A DNA stretch of 45,977 nucleotides from a virus (IMGVR_UViG_2663762946_000001), one strand, 5' to 3'. Shown: positions 1-9,449, counted from the stretch's first letter. Notes: generated from the letters alone by a model not told the origin. Numbers and translations: made by a program.

Positions 1-109
1 CAGAATTAGAACGAGTGTTTAGAAAAAGATGTGCCATTTATTGACATAGGAGCAATCTAACAATTCGCTAACTATTCAAGTGTTTCAGTAGGTTGCTAGT
101 CTACCGAGG

Positions 110-131
110 TTATTAAGTTGTCAAAGGTCAA
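110..131 (-). promoter_or_regulatory. rrn boxA-like antitermination element (TTGACCTTTGACAACTTAATAA)
   Basis: Resembles the Lactobacillales rrn-leader boxA (GACCTTTGAAAACTGAACAA); lies just downstream of four tandem promoters on the same strand. Confidence 0.45.
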
Positions 132-258
132 AGTGTGTTTGATTGACTAACTGTCGTATAGAATACTAGAAAGTCGATATACATTGTAGCCTATCTTTCA
201 CACCTGATTGATACGGCGTTGTCTCGCCTTGATACCTTGTTGCTAACTTACAAGAACT

Positions 259-287
259 ATGTTACAACTTTCATTTTAAGTTGTCAA
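259..287 (-). promoter_or_regulatory. sigmaA-type promoter P1
   Basis: TTGACA(287-282)-17 bp-TAACAT(264-259) with A-rich UP element. Confidence 0.7.
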
Positions 288-354
288 CACTTTTTTTAAT
301 TCTTTTTGAATTAAGTTTTGCATTTAAAGGCTTGCTTGCTTAATTCATGTTTCA

Positions 355-383
355 AGTTTAACACTTAATATTTAAGTTGTCAA
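355..383 (-). promoter_or_regulatory. sigmaA-type promoter P2
   Basis: TTGACA(383-378)-17 bp-TAAACT(360-355) with A/T-rich UP element. Confidence 0.7.
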
Positions 384-482
384 CACTTATTTTAATATCT
401 TTTTAAGTTTGATATTATATAGCTATCTGACGCACTTTAAGGCGTTCTTGATACATACCTAATACCTAACTCTATGATACCT

Positions 483-511
483 ATATTAAAACATAGCTTT
501 TAAAAAGTCAA
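483..511 (-). promoter_or_regulatory. sigmaA-type promoter P3
   Basis: TTGACT(511-506)-17 bp-TAATAT(488-483); UP element nearly identical to that of P1. Confidence 0.7.
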
Positions 512-579
512 CACTTTTTTTAATTCTTTTTGAATTGATTGTTAGAAAGATAAAAGCTATCTATCAATCAACAATCACA

Positions 580-608
580 ATACTACACCATTGAATATGT
601 TGTGTCAA
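580..608 (-). promoter_or_regulatory. sigmaA-type promoter P4
   Basis: TTGACA(608-603)-17 bp-TAGTAT(585-580); UP element similar to that of P2. Confidence 0.7.
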
Positions 609-685
609 CACTTAATTTAATATATTTTTAAATTGATAATATATAGTAGAAACACGATTAAAATATAGTAACGAAATATAGTTTA

Positions 686-707
686 AAGCCTTATGGCTGT
701 AAGGCTT
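686..707. repeat. Perfect 8-bp inverted repeat with 6-bp spacer (AAGCCTTA-TGGCTG-TAAGGCTT)
   Basis: Read directly; function unknown. Confidence 0.8.
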
Positions 708-2805
708 GTTGGGTGTAATATAATGTTATGATAGTAGTATGCTAGTAATATATGTATATATAGTATGATATGGTATAGTGTAGCGTATTGGTATATATGG
801 TGTAGTAGTATATATGTATAGTATGAACGTTAGTATAACAATGATAGTTAGTGAGTGATCGTGCTTAGTAGTGCAATATGGTATAGTCAAGTGTATTGAA
901 TGAATGATTGAATTAAATTAAATTAAATTAAATTAAAAATAAATTGAATAATAGAAAAAGAAAAAAGACAAAAAGAGAAAGTAAAAGCAAATTAATAGTA
1001 TACATGTATATGAGTATGAGTGATTGAATTAAGATTAGTTAGTTGGTTGGTTAGTGATTGGTGATTAATTAGTTAAGTGTGCGAGTAATTGAATTGGTGA
1101 ACGGAAAAAATAGAAAGTGAAACAGTAATGAAAAATTGAGAAATAAATTAAACTATTTTTTGTAATTGAAATGGTGGCGAAATAGTGAGAGGAATTTTTT
1201 CTGATATTGCTATGATATGTAAAACATTTTAAATAGTTGAATGTGATATCATTTTGATATTGTAATGATATTGTAATGATATGATTTAATGATTAATAAA
1301 ATATTTTAGTGTTATCAGATACTCACACAAAACAATTAAATTTTTTTAGACAAAATAAATAAAAGTGGCTGCTGGCTGATTGGAAAAAATTGACACCTTA
1401 AAAAAATATCAAACGGGGGCTATTTTAAAAAAGATAAAACATTTTTAAATAATGCTATACACTGTTAAGTAGTATTATTCTTTACAGTGCGGTGGGGGCT
1501 GTTTTTCTCAAAACAAACTAAATTTTTTGTGATTTTTCAAATCAGTAGCTACACCTACACACCATAAAAATTTCTCTACATTTCCCCTACACTCTCCCCA
1601 CCCTACTACTCCAGCTAATCAAGTTACTCTAATTATCCCATTTTTCCTACATTTTTCTTAGTCCCTACTTTGCTACCTACTTACCTATCTACTTTTCGTG
1701 CTATATTTTTACTCTCGTATTTGTCTACTTTCCCTTTGTATCAGTATTTATTCACTATTACTCCCTACGTATTTTCCTAGTTTTTACATAATTTTGCTCA
1801 TATCACATTCGCTCACGCGTTTTCTAATCTAATTTTGATCCACTACTCAACCACTTATTCACCTAAATGATCTCTCAATTAAAATTTATGATCACGAAAC
1901 AAGCTATTCAGTTTTCCAATTGAATTTAAACTGGCAACCAAACTTTAATAATAAATTAAATTAATTTATATAACTGGTAAATGAAAATAAAACTCACGTT
2001 TTCAATCAAGTAAAATCCCACTAAAAAGTAAATAAAATATACAACAATTTTCTCCTGTTTTATTTTAAAAATATTTTACTAGGATTTTAAAAACTTTAAG
2101 ATTAATTCACTATAATTTTTTAGTGTTTTTAGAGCTTTCTGAACACTCTTTTGCAGACTTTTTAACTTCAAGAATACTGTTTCTAACACTCCGAATTGAC
2201 ACTTTTCTTTAAAAATTGCCTTGTAGACTTTTTAAAATTCAATATTTCTGTTATTTTTGTTCGCTTACATTTTATTTTTTCAATAAAAATAGCTAATTTA
2301 TAAATTCAAAAAAGAATAGTCTACACTTCTTTCTATTGGAAATGCCCTTATATCAGCGTTTATCAAACTCAATAGTTTAACTAATAGTATAATACGCAGT
2401 TTATTAAACAGTATAGTATTCGTTAAAGTAAATAAATAAGTACATATACATACTAATAGTAATACTAATAAAAATATATTATGAATTTAATTTATATTCT
2501 AATATATACTTTCTAATGTATTTGTGTTTAGATGTTTAATACCTATTATATCTATAAGTTAATTAGTATGTAGACTTACTAATATACTTAAATATAGAAA
2601 CTTACATTGTATTAAATATTAATTTATATGTTTGAGTATATGTATATATAGACTTGTACTTAGACGTTTAATTAAACATAGAATCAAACATATACTTTTA
2701 CTTGTAAACAAAAACTAATATAAACATATATATTTGTATTCATTTAAAAATAGAATTTATAAAGTCCGACACAAAAAAGCCACAGATGAAATTTCTGCAG
2801 CGAGT

Positions 2806-2853
2806 AACTATTGAGTTATCACAATAGTTTAATTAATAGTATTAGCAATAGAA
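2806..2853. repeat. Candidate centromere repeats downstream of the par operon
   Basis: AACTATTG at 2806; (C/T)AATAG(T/A) units at 2822, 2834, 2846 (12-bp period); also 2370/2382. Confidence 0.5.
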
Positions 2854-2989
2854 TACTATTATATAATCTATTTATATATATACATAGTAATCATAACAGT
2901 AATTAAAATACTAATTCATATAATAATACTATTTTAATTTACATTACAATTACTATTATACTTATGTTTATGTTTGTATTTCTAATATA

Positions 2990-3029
2990 AAATAAAAATA
3001 GACTAATCAGTTTCCTGACTAGTCTATTT
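2990..3029 (-). terminator. Intrinsic terminator of the par operon
   Basis: AAATAGACTAGTCAG-loop-CTGATTAGTCTATTT stem followed by T-rich tract on the minus strand, right after the stop at 3032. Confidence 0.75.
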
Positions 3030-3031
3030 AA

Positions 3032-3589
3032 CTAAAATTCATAAGGTTCTATTTCTTGTTCCATATCTTCTTTCCCAATTAATCCCATTTGAAATAATTC
3101 TTTCAAAACAGCATTATTAACTACAGCTGATTTTATTCCCCTTGAATATTGTCCTGAGCCATCTTTTTTCATACTGATATCATCAATGATCTTCGCAATA
3201 TCTTCTCTAAGAGTAACTGTTTTTGAGATTTTCTTTACCCTATGAAAAACCTCATTATGTTGTAATATATATTTCCCGTTCATATTTTTAGTAACTATTT
3301 CCTTTGCTTCTTTTTTCTTAGGAAGGCTACTAAAAATGTCTGATCCTGTAACAGTAGGGGAGGGGGTATTTTTTTCGACACTAGGTTGAATTATAACAGT
3401 GTCTTCATTACTAGTAACATTTTGATTTTGTTCTACTTTTGTTTCTTCATTTTCTTTTTTATTATCTATATTATTTTCATTAGAAGTAGTTTGGTCGTTA
3501 AACATTCCTTCAAGTGGTGAACCCTGGAAATCTTTTGATTTGCTATTTCGACTACGTTTTCTTCTATTACTGTCTGTTAATTCATTCAT
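3032..3589 (-). CDS. Putative centromere-binding partner of ParA (non-ParB; disordered N-terminus, compact C-terminal domain)
   Basis: Directly downstream of parA with GAGGA RBS; low-complexity N-half; no ParB Box motifs; type Ib-like layout. Confidence 0.6.
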   Translation of the reverse strand: MNELTDSNRRKRSRNSKSKDFQGSPLEGMFNDQTTSNENNIDNKKENEETKVEQNQNVTSNEDTVIIQPSVEKNTPSPTVTGSDIFSSLPKKKEAKEIVTKNMNGKYILQHNEVFHRVKKISKTVTLREDIAKIIDDISMKKDGSGQYSRGIKSAVVNNAVLKELFQMGLIGKEDMEQEIEPYEF

Positions 3590-3600
3590 AGCCTATCCTC

Positions 3601-4527
3601 CTATAAAGTAATCGTTCCTTTTTCAATCATCTCGTCCAACAAACTATAATAAGTATCAATTAATTCATTAGTTTTATTGGATAGGGTAGCAGGTAATCCA
3701 CGATATGCTGTGGCCGATGCGAATCTAATAGTATTAGGTATTTTTGTAGAAAAGAATGGTATATTATTTCTATTTGCATATTCTGTTATTGCAAGAGTTA
3801 CATCGGCATGAAGTTTGGTTGTTTTTCTGTATTTAGCAGCTAATAGACCACCAATTTCAAGTTTAGAATTATATTGTTCTTTAATAACTCTTACTCGATC
3901 AAGAATATTACGAACACCATCAATAGAATAAGCATCTGGTTCATATGGGATAACTACTTTATCAGCAATAGCAATTATAGAACTTGTTACAGCTTTTATC
4001 TCAGGAGGTGTGTCAAAAAATATATAATCATATTCCTTATCAATATTATTCATTTTAGTTTCTAACATATTGAAATAATCTTTGGTGGGGGAGGCGACTG
4101 CAGCTACTACAGCTAATAATTGTTGATCACTAGTTTTTGTAACATCTATATCTCTACTAGTTAATTCACGAATTGCCTTTATGTTATTTAGTCCAAAGTC
4201 ATCTTCAAATTGTTTCATCTTATCAAATTCCAAGAAGTTCATATTACTATTTGCTGGAATAAGATCTATATTCTTATAAACGTCTTTTAAAATTGCTTCT
4301 TCAGGAGAACTATAATCCATAAAGACATCGTAGATACTTGTTTTTATTTTACTTTCATCATTAGGATCAATACCGAAACTACGGGTAGCATTTCCTTGAC
4401 CATCACTTTCAACGATAAGTATTTTACTTTCAGGTTTTCTAGTGTGTACACAGCCAGCAAGATTAACACAAGTAGTGGTTTTTGTGCTTCCACCTTTATT
4501 ATTTATGAAAGCTATTTTTTGTGCCAT
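3601..4527 (-). CDS. parA: ParA/Soj-family partition ATPase
   Basis: Deviant Walker A NNKGGSTKTTT, ESDGQGN, DYIFFDTPP, IPNTIRFA; likely ATG at 4527 after GGAGG. Confidence 0.93.
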   Translation of the reverse strand: MAQKIAFINNKGGSTKTTTCVNLAGCVHTRKPESKILIVESDGQGNATRSFGIDPNDESKIKTSIYDVFMDYSSPEEAILKDVYKNIDLIPANSNMNFLEFDKMKQFEDDFGLNNIKAIRELTSRDIDVTKTSDQQLLAVVAAVASPTKDYFNMLETKMNNIDKEYDYIFFDTPPEIKAVTSSIIAIADKVVIPYEPDAYSIDGVRNILDRVRVIKEQYNSKLEIGGLLAAKYRKTTKLHADVTLAITEYANRNNIPFFSTKIPNTIRFASATAYRGLPATLSNKTNELIDTYYSLLDEMIEKGTITL

Positions 4528-4616
4528 ATATTCTTCCTCCAAATAAATTGAAAATTTATTTTAATACTTTTTATTGACTAATCTCAATAATCTAACCCAC
4601 AGTATTTTATGTACTT

Positions 4617-4820
4617 AACTATTGATTAAACTATTGTTTTAATCAAATACTTCATTGGTTTAAATAAATTATACTTTTTCATGGTGTGTTTTGCAACCAT
4701 AAAGGGTAAAAAAGATATGAATCACTATAAAATAAGACTTTTCAATAGATTTATGTACTATATTATGTATTTATCTCCATTATATTCTCAATAGTTAAAA
4801 CAATAGTTAAACCAATATAT
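4617..4820. repeat. Candidate centromere/operator repeats flanking the parA promoter
   Basis: AACTATTG at 4617 and 4629; CAATAGTT at 4789 and 4801, degenerate unit at 4813; 12-bp period. Confidence 0.55.
4668..4696 (-). promoter_or_regulatory. sigmaA promoter for parA operon
   Basis: TTGCAA(4696-4691)-17 bp-TATAAT(4673-4668). Confidence 0.65.
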
Positions 4821-4914
4821 TACAAAATAGATATAAACATAAATGTCTAATTTAATTACCTCACAGAATACTACTTAAACCCCAGTATTATGCCATTTCG
4901 GTTAATTCTATGTA

Positions 4915-4943
4915 TTGCATTTATTCTAATAGTGTGTTTTAAT
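4915..4943 (+). promoter_or_regulatory. Probable promoter for the HTH-repA transcript
   Basis: TTGCAT-17 bp-TTTAAT with TG extension, upstream of the 4988 RBS. Confidence 0.45.
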
Positions 4944-4987
4944 CAAAGTATCAAAGTGTGAAAACAACACATTTGGAGTGAATATAA

Positions 4988-5302
4988 ATGATTAGTTCTA
5001 AAGGATATAGTCACAACTTGCGTGGTATATATCTTGGATATTTAATTAAACTCTTGAATAAGAAATATTTTGTATCAATGTCACCTATAGCAAAAGAACT
5101 AGACATGAATTCTAATTATTTTAGAGATTTTGCTAGGGGACTCAAAAATATGCCTAATGAAAAATTAGATCTTATAGAGGATTTTCTATATGACTTATAT
5201 GGAGCTATCTTAATAGATGAAGTTCCACAGAAGCATAGCGAATTCCAGGAATTTATTACCACATTGCCAAATTCATTAATTTATAAAGAAATTGTAAATT
5301 AA
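4988..5302 (+). CDS. Small HTH (Xre/Cro-like) DNA-binding protein
   Basis: SPIAKELDMNSNYFRDFARGLKNMPNEKLDLI HTH-like segment; GGAG RBS; upstream of repA. Confidence 0.6.
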   Translation: MISSKGYSHNLRGIYLGYLIKLLNKKYFVSMSPIAKELDMNSNYFRDFARGLKNMPNEKLDLIEDFLYDLYGAILIDEVPQKHSEFQEFITTLPNSLIYKEIVN

Positions 5303-5465
5303 AAACGATTAGAGTCCACTACAACTCTAATCGAATTAACCAATGAATTCTTATAAACCCACTACAATTTATAAGATGTATTAATAGAATTCTCCAACCA
5401 CTAAATTTTCGAGTTCTATTTATGTTATAAAACATAGATATAGCTGTATTTGCGCTAATCTTATT
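5300..5465 (-). ncRNA. Probable antisense (counter-transcript) RNA to the repA leader
   Basis: Minus-strand promoter at 5500-5472; three stem-loops sharing a UAGUGG loop; the last hairpin (5333-5306) is followed by UUUUU. Confidence 0.6.
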
Positions 5466-5471
5466 TAGTAT

Positions 5472-5500
5472 ATTATAGCATGAATACAGCCCTTAGTAAA
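5472..5500 (-). promoter_or_regulatory. Antisense sigmaA promoter
   Basis: TTTACT(5500-5495)-17 bp-TATAAT(5477-5472) with extended TG. Confidence 0.7.
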
Positions 5501-5529
5501 CTTTATAAAAAAGAAAGGGGCGATTAATT

Positions 5530-6528
5530 ATGCTTAAAAACGAAATAAACCAAGATAATTTACCTTCCACTGCCTACCTACAAGTTAATTGTGATCTACT
5601 CAATAATAAGATCTATAAAAAACTTGATATGACAACTATTATGCTCTATTCTCTTTACGCAAATCGAACAACTTGCAGTATTTATAATTCTGGTGACGGT
5701 TCATGGAAAGATGATAATAATAGAATCTATATTTTATTTACGAATGAGGAAGCAGCCAAAATCTTACGTGTTTCTTCAAGAAAAATTTCCGATTCAAGAT
5801 CTGCTCTACAAGAATACGGACTTATTGAAGTACAAAAATTTGGTCTTAAACAAAATCGAATTTTCGTAGCTAATCCCGAACATAGTGAAGAAGAGGGGGT
5901 TATGAGCTATAAAGGCCACAAAATTAACTACAAAGTTTCTATCTCTCCAGAAGTAGAAAAATATTCTACCTCGAAGTCGCATAATAATCATACAAGTGTA
6001 CTTAATCATAAAACAGTTAATACAAAAGATACAAGAGTAACTAACTCCAAACAGAATGTGTCTAAAGATAATGATACATCATCTGATGAAGCATTGATTG
6101 ATGCACTAAAGTATCGTTACAAAAATATTTTTGATGATAAATTTTTTATCAATTTAAAACATGCAACTCAAAACAATTATAAACAAGCAAAATGGTTTAT
6201 TGACACCATATTTAAAGCGAAATACAGTTCTACTAAGGCATTTAAAAACTCAGGCCTACCTGTGGACTTAATTCTAGCTACTACCTTTGAGGAAAATTCT
6301 TATTACAGAGATAATATTGCTGGTGCTTTATTAATTATTATCGAACAAGCATATAGATACAAAAAAGTAGAGAATATTGGTGGTTTTATTTATTCGTTCA
6401 TGCGTGGATTCTTTATTGAGCAAACAAAAGCTTTTATTTGTGATAACTATGAAATTGACAATGCTCTTTATGCAGTATTAAACTCTGTACAAAATAAAAA
6501 AGACAAGAAATTAATCTTGTCTAAATAA
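5530..6528 (+). CDS. repA: RepA_N-family plasmid replication initiator
   Basis: MLYSLYANR..S..N..W.DDNNRIYILFTNEE..KILRVS......L.EYGLIEVQKFGLKQNRIFV matches the RepA_N winged helix; N/T-rich linker; IFKAK C-terminal motif. Confidence 0.88.
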   Translation: MLKNEINQDNLPSTAYLQVNCDLLNNKIYKKLDMTTIMLYSLYANRTTCSIYNSGDGSWKDDNNRIYILFTNEEAAKILRVSSRKISDSRSALQEYGLIEVQKFGLKQNRIFVANPEHSEEEGVMSYKGHKINYKVSISPEVEKYSTSKSHNNHTSVLNHKTVNTKDTRVTNSKQNVSKDNDTSSDEALIDALKYRYKNIFDDKFFINLKHATQNNYKQAKWFIDTIFKAKYSSTKAFKNSGLPVDLILATTFEENSYYRDNIAGALLIIIEQAYRYKKVENIGGFIYSFMRGFFIEQTKAFICDNYEIDNALYAVLNSVQNKKDKKLILSK

Positions 6529-6529
6529 A

Positions 6530-8461
6530 TTATACTTCCACCAATGTTGAACCTTGATACAATAATTTTTGTTTCTTTAATAGATCTGGATAAATAGATG
6601 TCAAAAACCGAGTTGGCTTTACACTAGTCTTTTTACCAATATTATATGAAAGATCTAGATTATATTTAGCTCTAGAGATAGCAACATAAAGAAGACGAGC
6701 TTCTTCTTCAATATTTCCGTTACACATTTCGTGTGGATAATATTCATCACTTACGGATGGTAAAAATACATGATCAAATTCGAGTCCTTTTGAGGCATGA
6801 ACAGTCATAAGATTTACCGACTCATCGTTGTTTTTCTTATTATTATTCTTAATTATATCAATGTGATTTAATAGCTTTTCAATATTCCCAAAGGTGTGTG
6901 CAAGACCCAACAAACTCTCTACTGATTGAGTCTTCATAACACGTTCGGTTTCTTTTCTAGATGTTTTTTCTAGATGTTCAAAATACTTAGTTTTTTGTAT
7001 GACGTACTGCAATACTTCTCCTGCATTTGTGGTGTCTAATATCTTATCAAAGTGAGTTAGAATATTAATCAAATATTCGATAGGTTTTCTTTCAGATATA
7101 GGTGTGTATTCACTTAGTGCTTTAAACACACTTATATTATTATTATAAGCATATTTATCAAGGTCTGATTGTAATTTATTACTTATAAACCTATTTGGAG
7201 TATTAATAATCCTTGCCATACTTTGATTATCTGCGTGATCATTCATTATTCTAAGGTAACTTAACAATACATCAATTTCTGTTCGTTCAAAGAAAGAATG
7301 ATTTCCTGAAACATTCAAGGGTATTTCTGCATCAGCAAAGGCCGATTCAAAAACTCCCATTTGTGAATTAGTTCTAACTAGAATAGCAAAATCACGATAA
7401 TCATTGTAATTTTCTGCGACTAAGCCTTTAATTTTTTCTATAATCCCATCTACTTCGTCTCTATCACTAGAGTATATTTTAAAATGTGTTTCATTACCGT
7501 CTATTCCAATAGCAGATTTAGCGTTCTTAAATTTCTTATAGTTCTCAACATTTCTCGATGTAATAATGCTATTAGATAAATCTACTATTTTTTTGGTAGA
7601 TCTGAAGTTTTCTTGCAATTCAATCACATGGACATCTTTAAACTCATTAGAAAAATTAAGAATATTATTGATATCGGCATTTATAAATGAGTAAATGCTT
7701 TGTCTAAAGTCTCCAACAACAAAAAGATTGTCTCTTTTTATCATTTTCAATATTTCTAAGTTTATCTTAGAAGTGTCCTGGAATTCATCTACCATTATAT
7801 AATCAAATCTATCAGATATTTTCATCCTAAAGGTAGGATCTTCTTTCAAACGATAATAAAAATGCAATAATAAATCATCAAATTCAATTAAATGAGCGTT
7901 CTTTTGTCTCTCCATAAAGATCTTGTATGCCTCTTGTAATTTGTCCCTCATTTCTTCGTCCACATATCTGGTATGTTCATCAATCAATACTGGCATCTTT
8001 TTAAGTATCATATTTGCCTTTTGATAAGAAATAAACATTGCTAAGGTAGGAGCATTAATTAGTGATTCGATACCCATTCCTTCAGGATTCATATTAGTCT
8101 TAGGTTTTACTATCGAAGACAATAATTTTAGTTTCCACCAATCCTTCATAAGTTTAACGCCTTTATAATAACTACCATAATTACTATACAATGTTTTCAT
8201 AGCAAATGAATGAAAAGTAGACATGGGGATCTGCTCCCCTACGGCACCTATTTGCTTAATTACTCGTTTCTGCATATTATTAGCTGCATCTTTAGTAAAA
8301 GTAAGAGCTAATATTCTACTAGGATCAACATTCTTATTTTTAATTAGGTTTACAATTCTTGCGGTAAAAACCGAAGTCTTACCTGAACCTGCTGAAGCAT
8401 TCACTAGTATATTTTCTGCTTCAGAATTAATGGCTTCTTTTTGAGATTTTGTAAGTTCCAT
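6530..8461 (-). CDS. pcrA: UvrD/PcrA-family superfamily-1 DNA helicase
   Basis: ASAGSGKT, LTFT, STFHSF, VDEFQD, VGDFRQSIY, ENFRS, LVRTN, MTVHASKGLEF, EEARLLYVAISRA; ATG at 8461 after GGAGG. Confidence 0.93.
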   Translation of the reverse strand: MELTKSQKEAINSEAENILVNASAGSGKTSVFTARIVNLIKNKNVDPSRILALTFTKDAANNMQKRVIKQIGAVGEQIPMSTFHSFAMKTLYSNYGSYYKGVKLMKDWWKLKLLSSIVKPKTNMNPEGMGIESLINAPTLAMFISYQKANMILKKMPVLIDEHTRYVDEEMRDKLQEAYKIFMERQKNAHLIEFDDLLLHFYYRLKEDPTFRMKISDRFDYIMVDEFQDTSKINLEILKMIKRDNLFVVGDFRQSIYSFINADINNILNFSNEFKDVHVIELQENFRSTKKIVDLSNSIITSRNVENYKKFKNAKSAIGIDGNETHFKIYSSDRDEVDGIIEKIKGLVAENYNDYRDFAILVRTNSQMGVFESAFADAEIPLNVSGNHSFFERTEIDVLLSYLRIMNDHADNQSMARIINTPNRFISNKLQSDLDKYAYNNNISVFKALSEYTPISERKPIEYLINILTHFDKILDTTNAGEVLQYVIQKTKYFEHLEKTSRKETERVMKTQSVESLLGLAHTFGNIEKLLNHIDIIKNNNKKNNDESVNLMTVHASKGLEFDHVFLPSVSDEYYPHEMCNGNIEEEARLLYVAISRAKYNLDLSYNIGKKTSVKPTRFLTSIYPDLLKKQKLLYQGSTLVEV

Positions 8462-8633
8462 AAAAGACCTCCTCTTGTCTTCAGTTAAATAAACATATCC
8501 ACAGGTTAATAGTATCATATTTAGATTATTCTTGCAATATGTTGACTACTATTTTTGTGTAGATTATACTATTTATCAGGTATATTCATTTTTATTATTG
8601 TAATATGTTTATTTATAAAATTGGGAGGTAATA

Positions 8634-9449
8634 ATGGAAAATACTTACGACTCATTAGACAGCAGATATAGAGAATTAATAAATAACAATAAAAATATGA
8701 CACAAGAACAAAAAGAGGAACAGTATTCGTTATTAAATAGAACTAAAAAAACAGAAGAAGACAATAAAGAAAAATATAGAAACTTTGGGAAAATACCAAA
8801 CTCGCTTCTTGATAACGAAGATATAACATATCAGGAGATAGCTTTGTATACATATCTAACTGCAATGGCACATGGTTGGATTGTGTATGATTTTAATGCG
8901 CAGTTTTTATCAAAAAAACTAAATATCGGTAGAAAAGGATTACAACAAATCGAGAATGCAATTAGTGGCCTAGTTGAAAAAGGTTTTATTAATACTAGAT
9001 ATAGCTGGGGCGAGAAGACTAAATATTATGATGTTACATTGTCTGATTACAACGCTAATTTTTCTAAAATATACTGTAATGACATACTTAATATAATAAA
9101 AAAATCCTCATCTATAAAAACATTAAGCATTTTAGCTAGTTATGCGGCGATTAGATCATATATATTTGATGGGGGAATAGAAAGTCAAAATTCAACTTCA
9201 GTTTGTTATTCTTCGCATGAGGATATCACGGAAAGGGCGCATATTTCATATAGTGCATTAAATAAAAGTGTTGATTTCTTAAGCGAAAATAAACTATTGG
9301 CAACGATTAAGGTGAATCTGGCAGATAGAGGTGGAATTAAAAAAATATACTATAGCCATTATAAAGATAGAAATAAATTAGAAGACTTTGTTAAAAATAG
9401 TTGGCTTGACGGGAGAATTAATAGAATTGTTTATGGGGTTATTATGTAA
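8634..9449 (+). CDS. Tandem winged-helix protein, putative second replication initiator
   Basis: FGKIPNSLLDNEDITYQEIALYTYL and CYSSHEDITERAHISYSALNKSVDFL resemble phage initiator wHTH domains; GGGAGG RBS; followed at once by 43-bp repeats. Confidence 0.6.
   Translation: MENTYDSLDSRYRELINNNKNMTQEQKEEQYSLLNRTKKTEEDNKEKYRNFGKIPNSLLDNEDITYQEIALYTYLTAMAHGWIVYDFNAQFLSKKLNIGRKGLQQIENAISGLVEKGFINTRYSWGEKTKYYDVTLSDYNANFSKIYCNDILNIIKKSSSIKTLSILASYAAIRSYIFDGGIESQNSTSVCYSSHEDITERAHISYSALNKSVDFLSENKLLATIKVNLADRGGIKKIYYSHYKDRNKLEDFVKNSWLDGRINRIVYGVIM

Noticed and set aside
96..124. Fifth tandem promoter at TTGACA 124-119 (minus strand)
   Set aside because: No -10 hexamer at 16-18 bp spacing; context fits boxA better
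1..3030. tRNA, rRNA or pseudogenes in the non-coding block
   Set aside because: No cloverleaf, rRNA-like sequence or decayed protein motif recognised by eye; a covariance-model scan would be needed to be sure
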